A DNA stretch of 55,395 nt from Bdellovibrionota bacterium (GTDB lineage: Bacteria > Bdellovibrionota_C > UBA2361 > JBGSMV01). The position numbers were made by a program, and so were the translations under genes. The notes below the pieces were generated by a model. It searched no databases, had not been told where the DNA came from, and worked only from the letters and a program-made list of their open reading frames with translations. The stretch lies in NCBI GenBank assembly GCA_041739995.1, contig JBGSMV010000025.1:1-55395 (forward strand), written 5' to 3'. Position 1 is the stretch's first letter; the number at the start of each line of letters is the position of its first letter. Shown piece by piece: positions 48,001 to 55,395 of the stretch.

Positions 48001-51000
48001 ACATTTACACATAGGAAACGTTTGGTCGGCGGTTTCTACGCCTATGAAAGCTCTACAGAAACCAAACGAATCGGCGCGCTATGTTCGGGGAACACTAACG
48101 AGCGCGGAGTGCTGTCATGCGATGAAGCGGCACCAGGCGCCGGAGAATTTCTCATTGAGGCAAGAACCGAGGATTCGCAAGGACGTGGAGCCGTCACCTC
48201 CACCTCTGCCTGGGTCACTAAGAACGAGCCTTTGTGGTTTCAGCAAGAACAAGGCGACCGCGTTGACCTCTTAGCGGAAAAACGCCTGTATGAAATTGGT
48301 GATGAGGCACACATTCAGATTCGCTCTCCCTTCGAGAAGGCTACGGCGCTTATTTCGGTAGAGCGCGAGGGAATAATCGAGTCCTTCGTAAAGGAAATTG
48401 ATAGTCGTGATCCAATTATTCGCCTTCCGATCAAGGCAAACTATGCGCCAAATGTTTTCGTTTCGGCGCTGCTTACTCGTGGACGAATCGGCGACGTGCA
48501 GCCCACCGCACTGCTGGACCTTGGCAAGCCAGCGGTTCGACTAGGCGTGGTTGAGCTAAAAGTTTCTCGAATACCGCATCAGTTACACGTAAAGGTTACC
48601 ACCGACCAAGATACCTACGGCGTGCGAGAAACAGCCAAGGCTAAAATAATTGTGCAGGCGTCTGATCAATCGCGGCTTGAAAGAGATGCCGAGATAGTCA
48701 TAGCGGTTGTAGATGAAGCATTGCTTGAATTAGAGGCAAATAACTCCTGGGATATATTAGAAGGCATGCTAGGTCGTCGCGCGCATGGAGTGCGCACCAG
48801 TACCGCCCTTCTTCAATTGGTAGGAAAACGTCACTTCGGACTTAAAGCGCTACCAGTTGGTGGGGGCGGTGGAAAATCAAATACACGCGAACTGTTTGAC
48901 ACGCTGTTGTTGTGGAAGGGCGCGGTCAAGCTCTCACCTGCTGGCGTCGCCTCCATTTCTATTCCGCTAAACGATTCACTCTCGCGCTTTCGAGTGGTGG
49001 CGATTGCGTCGAGCGGCCAAGGGAAATTCGGCACAGGACATTCAAGCTTTACTACCTCACAAGATCTGATGGTCCTACCTGGCGTCCTACCATTGGCGCG
49101 CGAGGGAGACTTGACGACCGTTGAAGCAACGCTTCGCAACACTACCGAGAACGCTCTGAGCGTTAAGGCGGTCATCAACGCCGAGAGAACCTCGCGCGGC
49201 TCTGGATTAGCCATGCCCCTCGTCCTTGAAAACACATCACGCTTGGTCACATTGCAGAGCGATTCTTCTGAACGAATCACTTGGGATGTTGTTATTCCTG
49301 GGGACACTAGCTCGATAGACTATGGAATTTCGATCACCGGATCCGCGCACGGATTAGATGCTACGCAGGTAAGCGCAGAAGGAATTTCCGATGCGGTAAA
49401 ACTTACACAAAAAATCGCCGGCTCGGTTCGCCCCACTTTGGTGCAAGCCAGCATGCAACAAGTCGATACGCCCATTCGCATTGCGATTGAACCCCCAAAA
49501 GACGCGGTTAAAGGATATGGAGGCATCCGAGTAACGTTTAGTCGCTCTCTCCTCAATGGCTCAACCGGAGTTCAAGAGCACATGCGCTCTTACCCTTACA
49601 CCTGCCTTGAACAAAAGGTATCTCGGGCTGTGGCGCTCGGTAGCCAGGAAGAGTGGAACACCATTGTTTCGAATCTCCCGTCGCTGATAGATTCGCAGGG
49701 ATTTCTCAAATACTTCCCCTCTGCAATCGACGGCAGCGTCGATCTCACTTCCTACCTTGTTTCAATTGCCCATGCCGCAGGTTTTGAACTTCCACCTGTA
49801 GTTCGCGAGCAAGTACTGCTTGCGCTTCAAAAAGTGGCCTCGGGTAAAAAAGAGCTCGAGGTTGCCAGCGGCTCTGGCCATGTCACTCAACAGAGAATTG
49901 CCGCTCTTGAAGCGCTGGCCCGGCACACACGAGCGGATCCAGTCATCGTCAACACGCTGCCCGTTGACCTCCGCACTCTTCCGACTTTCAGTCTCGTCCA
50001 ATGGTGGTCCGTCTTATCCCGCGCTGCTGATGTCACCGATAAAGTTCAGCGTCTTGAAGCGGTCGTCCAAGCCCTGCATGCACGCCTCAACTATCAGGGC
50101 ACCATGTTGATGCTCTCGCAATCATCCGGAGATGACGCCTGGTGGTTTATGAGCTCTGTTGACCGAGCCCTGAACCAACTCATTTTAACCGCGCTTGAGA
50201 GTGACACATGGACAAGCGACATCCCGAAACTGGTGCGGGGCTCTATCGAGCGGCAACGTGAGGGTGCGTGGGACCTCACCACTGCAAACGCTTGGGGGGC
50301 ACTGATGTTGCGGCGCTATAGTGAGAAGTTCGAGAAGTCTCCAGTGAGCGGTGTGACTGAAGCTCGTCTCACTTCAGCAGACGCAACGGCACAGGCACCA
50401 TTCTATAAATTTGACTGGAGCTCGGCGCAAACCGACAAACGGCAGATTGGCGTTCCTGCTCCTTTCGGACTCGCACCTTTTCCCCTAGGCCCTTCAGTAC
50501 TTGAGCTCGCACATCGCAGTAGCTCCACCGCGGCGAATGGCGCGCCTTGGGCGTTCATACAGAGTATTGCAGCAATACCCTTGAAAAAAGCGCTTTCTAG
50601 CGGGTATTCCATCACCAAGACTGTGCGCGCAATCGAGCGAGCCCACCCCGACACTTGGAGCGTCGGCGACATCGTTCAAGTGCGTTTAAGCATTGATGCG
50701 CAAGCAGATCGCACCTGGGTGGTGGTTGATGATCCTATTCCTGCCGGCACAAGAATCATGGGTATGAACAATCGCTCAAATGCGCTCGTCAAACCGAACG
50801 ACGACGATCAGGATAGTGACGAAGATTCCGAAACGACCTCTTGGACTTGGCCCTTGTTTATTGAATCTTCTTTCGAGTCCTACAGGGCGTACTTTGACTA
50901 TGTTCCCAAGGGTACTTTCACTCTCGAGTATTTAGTCAGACTTAACTCTCCCGGGACATTTAACTTACCCGCTACTCGGGTGGAGGCCATGTATTCACCA

Positions 51001-51057
51001 GAGATGTTTGGAGAGCTTCCTAACCCGCCAATGAATATTCTAGCAGCGAGCAAGTGA
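45088..51057 (+). CDS. Bacterial alpha-2-macroglobulin family protein
   Basis: About 1990 aa with MG domains, AVVDEA, LNDSLSRFRVVA, thioester motif YPYTCLEQ (CLEQ at 49603-49614) and C-terminal PATRVEAMYSPE. Start uncertain (GTG 45064 or ATG 45088). Confidence 0.93.
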   Translation: MFALHFPNHYSKIFRIVSSLTAYLLLFVLSLWSLGHSQAGAEEERDANIQQSSSPTSAVRQQVELSQFTPLGVATEVRQVRAAFSTDVVPFADPRMNTDIFSVHCSGDTKAPQGTARWADSQNWVYDFSSDLKAGVQCEFHLDPNFITPSGSPIKLSPSLPTALAFSTGGPIVTRVFPWAGDTISEDQAFILKLNGDFDLRSVLKEVFLSSESVENRISIKLIEGEEKDALLKSEVFDLEEIKSNTFAIVQPKQKLAPGSKVNLVWGKNVATPDGVTSEIDQVFSFYVRTGFELSVICERTHAGAGCNPLRPVRLGFSSPAEASKVQQIRLKTSAGATLIPDTSDDSKEPYVHSLSFAGPFEPKTTLTVELPSGIEDDSGRDLEPTTEALLTVDFDDYPPLIKFAAPFALVEWDAQGSTPKAAIPVTVRDVEPELLTRLLDQNGIARYMRSGVQSIPLRMARVQAIPEMQRLLQRSRWESHYESIFLEEDSEQEAKLPSPELDISEQRIPRPHAGKAFEVMGIPVNKPGFYVIEVESPKLADAYRPKGNRFFVRSSALVTNLAVHFRWGKERSLAWVTAINSGTPVPGAQLSATDCNGEVLWQGVSDKQGLAFPTNLPAPTEYDSECRNTSGVYLSATLGEDFSFTSSTWDDGIEPWRFGVPVDYSTSSEVAHTVFSENLIRRGKTVYMKHYLRLRGGAGLQALPASRRPALAIIKHQGSDETVEMPLRWNSNGTSETSWIVPTGAKLGTYAVSLRLSEKPNIEWRSGSFRVDDFKVPLMVARVKSPSGIQVTPTALPFEFSLGYLAGGSASNLPILARYSYDRLFVSMGEDFQGYSFLTGAVKEGIFRSDQEEDEFSTPQSYESAELPKGVTRKELTLDSNGTGSLLVPPLASHGTPYQATTELEYRDPNGEIQTNRASASVWPSDIALGIKSLGWTGNPGRIAIEVIALSKDGAPLKGSAVSVSLFQSKTFTHRKRLVGGFYAYESSTETKRIGALCSGNTNERGVLSCDEAAPGAGEFLIEARTEDSQGRGAVTSTSAWVTKNEPLWFQQEQGDRVDLLAEKRLYEIGDEAHIQIRSPFEKATALISVEREGIIESFVKEIDSRDPIIRLPIKANYAPNVFVSALLTRGRIGDVQPTALLDLGKPAVRLGVVELKVSRIPHQLHVKVTTDQDTYGVRETAKAKIIVQASDQSRLERDAEIVIAVVDEALLELEANNSWDILEGMLGRRAHGVRTSTALLQLVGKRHFGLKALPVGGGGGKSNTRELFDTLLLWKGAVKLSPAGVASISIPLNDSLSRFRVVAIASSGQGKFGTGHSSFTTSQDLMVLPGVLPLAREGDLTTVEATLRNTTENALSVKAVINAERTSRGSGLAMPLVLENTSRLVTLQSDSSERITWDVVIPGDTSSIDYGISITGSAHGLDATQVSAEGISDAVKLTQKIAGSVRPTLVQASMQQVDTPIRIAIEPPKDAVKGYGGIRVTFSRSLLNGSTGVQEHMRSYPYTCLEQKVSRAVALGSQEEWNTIVSNLPSLIDSQGFLKYFPSAIDGSVDLTSYLVSIAHAAGFELPPVVREQVLLALQKVASGKKELEVASGSGHVTQQRIAALEALARHTRADPVIVNTLPVDLRTLPTFSLVQWWSVLSRAADVTDKVQRLEAVVQALHARLNYQGTMLMLSQSSGDDAWWFMSSVDRALNQLILTALESDTWTSDIPKLVRGSIERQREGAWDLTTANAWGALMLRRYSEKFEKSPVSGVTEARLTSADATAQAPFYKFDWSSAQTDKRQIGVPAPFGLAPFPLGPSVLELAHRSSSTAANGAPWAFIQSIAAIPLKKALSSGYSITKTVRAIERAHPDTWSVGDIVQVRLSIDAQADRTWVVVDDPIPAGTRIMGMNNRSNALVKPNDDDQDSDEDSETTSWTWPLFIESSFESYRAYFDYVPKGTFTLEYLVRLNSPGTFNLPATRVEAMYSPEMFGELPNPPMNILAASK

Positions 51058-51058
51058 A

Positions 51059-53197
51059 ATGCGCCGAGCCTTTAGTGTCGGAATAGTCCTTGCGCTTAGT
51101 AGCGTCGCAGCAACATTTGCCGCAGTAGTTGTGTTCCTGACGCCTGAGATTCCGAACTATTCACAGGTTCGACTTCACTACCGCCCCTCTTATGCGCGAG
51201 TTCGCTCTCGTAATGGCGAGGTACTTCAGCAGGTCAGAATCGAGCGCTATTACCGAGCAGACCCTTGGCTAGAGCTCAAACACATTCCTAAGGACGTGGT
51301 AGAAACAATTGTTTCCAGCGAGGACAGGCGCTTTTATTCGCATGTGGGCGTTGATGCAAAAGCGCTCCTTCGCGCGGCATGGATGAGCCTGTGGCATAAC
51401 AAGCGCAGCGGCGCGAGCACCCTTTCTATGCAGCTCGTGCGTCTTCTTAACGAAGGATCCACGCCGTTTAAATCTCCGTGGCCCCATGCTTCTGCACCTA
51501 GACTTTCTAAGCTGTCTCAGATCTTAGGAGCGTTGCTACTCGACTCTACCTGGAGCAAAGCTGAGATCTTAGAAGCCTATCTCAACCTTGTTCCCTTTCG
51601 AGGTGAACTAAGAGGTATCTCTGCTGCATCTCAGATTCTATTTCACACTGCACCAGAAGCACTAACTCCAGCGCATGGGCTACTGCTCGCCGCCATTCTT
51701 CCTGCTCCAAACGCAGCACATGCTTTGATTGAAACACGCGCCTGCAAGATCTCTCAAAACCTAGCGTTTCAAACCAAATTCCCTACAGGTTGCGATATAT
51801 TACCGAAGCTATGGGGCGAAAGAGCTCTTGCACACCTTACACTCTACGACTCATCAGAGCCGATACTCTCCAAGGCAGCGGCTCTTCGTATACTAAAGGG
51901 TGCGGGGAAACATTCGGGAAGCAGTCCAAAACGAGTTCCACTCGAGCTCACCTCAACCATAGAGAGGGAAATTCAAACCACAGTCGCTGCGCTCACCCGA
52001 AGCCATCTCGAACCATTACGAGCACGCCGCGCACTGGACGCTGCCGTGCTTGTAGTCCACAACCAAAGTGGCGAAGTGCGGGCTTATCTACCTAACTCTG
52101 GCACTTCAGCCTCCGCTCCTCACGTCGATGGCATTCTTGCCTATCGGCAAGCGGGGTCGACTCTAAAGCCATTCATTTACGGGAGCGCCTTCGAATTAAA
52201 TCTTCTCTCACCCGATTCAGTGTTAAGTGACATGCCTTTAGAGCTATCCGTTTTCAGTGGGCTCTATAAGCCAGCCAATTATGACCGACGCTTTCGCGGT
52301 CCGGTAAGTGCCAAAGTGGCACTTGCCAGCTCACTCAACATTCCTGCACTGAGAGTGCTCACTATCGTTGGATTAAAGAATGCCACGTCCACACTTTCAA
52401 AGTTACAACTCTTGAAACCCGGAGCCGACGACCGCTATGGATATTCGATCGCGTTGGGAGCCCCCGTGGTGCGTCTTTGGGATTTGGTAAATGCCTACCG
52501 CACAATTGCAAATGATGGTGAGTATAGCGATCTGACTGTACAGCCATCCCCGAAGAACAGGCCCCAAGAATCGTCGGCTTCGGAACATATCTTTTCCTCC
52601 AAAACGACAGCTGCATTAAAGGAGATTCTCTCAAGTCGAGATGCAAGGCGTGAAACGTTTGGGCTCGAGAGCCCACTCGCAACTTCCTACTGGAGCGCGG
52701 TCAAAACTGGCACCAGCAAAGACATGACCGATAATTGGTGCGTCGGATTCTCGAATGACTACACAGTGGGGGTATGGGTTGGCAATTTCTCTGGGGAACC
52801 TATGCACAATGTTTCCGGAGTTTCCGGCGCTGCACCGCTTTGGTCATCGGTTCTTGAGTGGCTGCATGAGAACCGGAGCTCAACTCTTCATGCAGCAAAC
52901 ATCCTTGCAATCGGAGACCCACTCCCCCTTTCGCCAATGCATACCCGGCCTTCACGCATCACCGCACCGACCTCAGGCACTTCAATCGCCATAGACCCCG
53001 GCATTCCCCTTCAACATCAATCGGTGAATTTCACCGCGCAAACAGGACTCACCAATGCTCGCTGGTCTTTGAATGGAAGCGTTTTGGGTCCAGTAGCTGC
53101 GCCGACCTGGTGGCAGCCCACCAAGGGCGCCCACACTCTTACTCTTGTTGACAACCTAGGCAACGAAGTCGACCGATCGGAATTCAGTGTTCGTTGA
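51059..53197 (+). CDS. pbpC: Penicillin-binding protein 1C
   Basis: GT51 EDRRFYSH and GASTLSMQ; transpeptidase STLK, SLN, KTG; C-terminal PBP1C domain; starts 1 nt after the A2M gene. Confidence 0.93.
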   Translation: MRRAFSVGIVLALSSVAATFAAVVVFLTPEIPNYSQVRLHYRPSYARVRSRNGEVLQQVRIERYYRADPWLELKHIPKDVVETIVSSEDRRFYSHVGVDAKALLRAAWMSLWHNKRSGASTLSMQLVRLLNEGSTPFKSPWPHASAPRLSKLSQILGALLLDSTWSKAEILEAYLNLVPFRGELRGISAASQILFHTAPEALTPAHGLLLAAILPAPNAAHALIETRACKISQNLAFQTKFPTGCDILPKLWGERALAHLTLYDSSEPILSKAAALRILKGAGKHSGSSPKRVPLELTSTIEREIQTTVAALTRSHLEPLRARRALDAAVLVVHNQSGEVRAYLPNSGTSASAPHVDGILAYRQAGSTLKPFIYGSAFELNLLSPDSVLSDMPLELSVFSGLYKPANYDRRFRGPVSAKVALASSLNIPALRVLTIVGLKNATSTLSKLQLLKPGADDRYGYSIALGAPVVRLWDLVNAYRTIANDGEYSDLTVQPSPKNRPQESSASEHIFSSKTTAALKEILSSRDARRETFGLESPLATSYWSAVKTGTSKDMTDNWCVGFSNDYTVGVWVGNFSGEPMHNVSGVSGAAPLWSSVLEWLHENRSSTLHAANILAIGDPLPLSPMHTRPSRITAPTSGTSIAIDPGIPLQHQSVNFTAQTGLTNARWSLNGSVLGPVAAPTWWQPTKGAHTLTLVDNLGNEVDRSEFSVR

Positions 53198-53238
53198 GAT
53201 ACACCTTGCCATCGACCGATGGGGAGAGAGTCTGGTCG

Positions 53239-53676
53239 CTACTGACGGGCTGCTAGAAATTTCTCAAGGCTGTATCGCCCCAACTGGTGATACATGAGGT
53301 GAAAGCAGACACCCAGTAAGCAGAGGTTTTTCACCAAATTACTTCTCTGAAGAATAGTCCACATCCAGGACACATCTTCGGGCAATGTCGGCTCCATGAT
53401 AACACCCGGCACATGAACGACCGCGGTCACTACCACTAGAAAGACGCCGAGTGAAAATGCGGCAAGTCTCAACTGAAAACCAACCAGAATCAGCCCACCC
53501 CAGAACACTAACCACAATCCGCACAGAACAGATACTGCCCTTGGGTAGGGCATCCACAACGGCATCATTCTCTGAACCAGTGCGTCAGAAAACAAATGCT
53601 CCATGCCAAGGCCTAAAAAGATTAGGCAGAACAGTACTCTAAAAATAAACTCGGCTTCGTCTTTCCCGATGCGCAT
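53239..53676 (-). CDS. DoxX family membrane protein
   Basis: FRVLFCLIF..GMEH, 4 TMs, VKNLCLLG, GRYSLE. Confidence 0.8.
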   Translation of the reverse strand: MRIGKDEAEFIFRVLFCLIFLGLGMEHLFSDALVQRMMPLWMPYPRAVSVLCGLWLVFWGGLILVGFQLRLAAFSLGVFLVVVTAVVHVPGVIMEPTLPEDVSWMWTILQRSNLVKNLCLLGVCFHLMYHQLGRYSLEKFLAARQ

Positions 53677-53931
53677 TTACTTCCTGAAAAACAGGGTGAG
53701 GAGAAATTTTTACATTGGAGACAAGAAAGAACTAGAAGTTATTCCTGCCGCTTTCACCAACGCGGTTTCGTCACGCGCTCACTATCGCCTAGCGAGCGTT
53801 CTCCAAAGGGACTTCAACAAATCTCTGGAAAGTGTTTTAGAACCTTGAATTAATAAGACAATTCGAGGAGCCCGACTTCATCTGTTGTTCTGTGGACTCA
53901 AAGTATAGCGGCTAGCCTGCGCTTGCTAGGG

Positions 53932-54891
53932 TCAGTTGGGAAACACCACATGCATAGTAACCCCCGATGGCTCAGCATTCTCCATCCAAATACGCCCGCC
54001 ATGCATGGCCACGACACTCTTACATATAGTGAGTCCAAGCCCGTGGCCAAATTTCTGATCCCGATTGGATGCCTGTGCGAATTTATCAAATAGCGTCGCA
54101 AGACGCTCAAGCGGTAGATGCGGACCATCATTGTGAAAAGTTATTTCGGTGCCCCCCTCCGAGGAGGTCTTGATGTGGCAATTGAACACGCTTCCCTCCG
54201 GTGCATATCGCAGGGCATTGCTCATGATGTTTCGAAAAACCTGTCGGGCCTTAAAAGGGTCACACTGGAGTGGCTTTGGTGCGCTACGCTCGTCCGTGAC
54301 TCGAAGGCTTAAGTCCTTGGGGTTGAGCGCAAACGAAATTTCGTCGGCCGACCTTTCGATGAGAGTCTTCACGTCGCAGGGCTCACGATTGAGGCTATAG
54401 GCCCCAGAGTCCAATTTATAGATATCCAGTAACCCAGTGAGAAGTTCGTTCAGGCTGCGCAATTGTCGTCCGACCAGTGGAATCAGTTTCGCCGTATCTT
54501 CCGCGTTTGAACTCGCTACATTATCTTCTAACAGTTCAATCGCTCGCATAGCGTTGGCTACCGGTCCGCGAATGTCGTGGGCAGCTATGTGAAGGAATTC
54601 TTCCATTTTCCGGGCCTGTGCGGTTAAGCGAGATTGCTGCATGCCGCTGACGTAGCCGAACGTCGCAAAGACCATCATGGTAGGCACCGTGAGGTAAAAC
54701 AACAGGGCCGATTGGTCCGTACAAACGTAAGTCGCCCATTCCCCGAATGACCGGTGCTCAACGTTCGCGAACAGAAATCCAAAAACAAAGTATCCGACCG
54801 GGGCTCCCAAACCCAAGAGTGCTCCGACCAGGCAGGTGCGCAGTGGGTGCGAACCAATAAATTTCCCTAAGAACCCTCTCATGTGCCGCAT
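53932..54891 (-). CDS. Membrane sensor histidine kinase
   Basis: Two TMs, H-box AAHDIRGP, N-box NIMSNALRY, G1 NDGP, G2 GHGLGL, HGGRIW. Confidence 0.92.
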   Translation of the reverse strand: MRHMRGFLGKFIGSHPLRTCLVGALLGLGAPVGYFVFGFLFANVEHRSFGEWATYVCTDQSALLFYLTVPTMMVFATFGYVSGMQQSRLTAQARKMEEFLHIAAHDIRGPVANAMRAIELLEDNVASSNAEDTAKLIPLVGRQLRSLNELLTGLLDIYKLDSGAYSLNREPCDVKTLIERSADEISFALNPKDLSLRVTDERSAPKPLQCDPFKARQVFRNIMSNALRYAPEGSVFNCHIKTSSEGGTEITFHNDGPHLPLERLATLFDKFAQASNRDQKFGHGLGLTICKSVVAMHGGRIWMENAEPSGVTMHVVFPN

Positions 54892-55089
54892 TCCAACCTA
54901 TCTTTGTTCTCTTTAGTCTAAGTAGAGCGAAGAAGGTAAAGAACAAGGAGGGACTCGTAAAGACAATTTCTACTGCCGGGCTCGTCCACCATTTTTAAAA
55001 GTTGAGCAAAGCATTCAAATTATCTTCCACCGAAAGACGATCGCTTCGAATGGCTCGGTCACCGGCGGAGCCGTCCACATAACCTAAAC

Positions 55090-55118
55090 ACAAACCAGCG
55101 AAACAAACCAGCGAAACA
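55090..55118. repeat. 13-bp tandem repeat ACAAACCAGCGAA x2 plus partial
   Basis: Units at 55090-55102 and 55103-55115. Confidence 0.75.
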
Positions 55119-55395
55119 CAAATTCCATGTGCCTACTAAGCCCCTGGTGGGAGGAAAAAAAGACCGCCCCTCCGCTGTACCGGGGCTACACCCCAGACGC
55201 CCCGAAGGGACATCAAGCGAACTAAAGGAAGCGCCAGCCCTCAGAGCATAAAGGTCCCAAGGCGCAGCGTCATCAGCGCAGCTGCACCGAACCGCAGGCA
55301 CACGCCGTGCGTCTCGACCGGGGAATCGAGTGTGGTGTGATGGTGGAGGTTCGCTACCGAGCCAGTAGTGGCTCGACGAGCTTAGGAAACGACGG

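Overview
Bacterial chromosomal window of moderate GC. Gene content and order (rpmF-fabG-acpP-glyA-nrdR-ribBA-nusB, pilTU, actABCDEF) suggest a deltaproteobacteria-like lineage, which is inference only. I found no tRNA, rRNA, CRISPR array, transposase or prophage gene. From left to right: (1) a translationally coupled five-gene uncharacterised membrane operon built around a DUF6754-like protein, the best candidate for an undescribed system and possibly a split, inverted-topology transporter; (2) an orphan Gly/Ser-rich harpin-like gene under a structured intergenic region; (3) a pilT-pilU run with a degenerate PyrE-like PRTase, a Nudix hydrolase, an LbH acyltransferase and two coiled-coil envelope proteins; (4) mfd bracketed by two ~105-110 bp direct repeats; (5) three GT-C-type membrane glycosyltransferase-like genes, two with carbohydrate-binding modules; (6) a eukaryote/plant-type formate-tetrahydrofolate ligase lying between a gene's 3' end and a diverged 108-bp copy of that 3' end; (7) a flavin amine oxidase and a truncated alpha/beta hydrolase; (8) a stripped-down fab/rib super-operon; (9) alternative complex III (actABCDEF); (10) gabD, a pseudo-receiver protein, an alpha-2-macroglobulin/PBP1C pair, DoxX and a sensor kinase. 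Family names come from motif recognition and memory, not from database searches.
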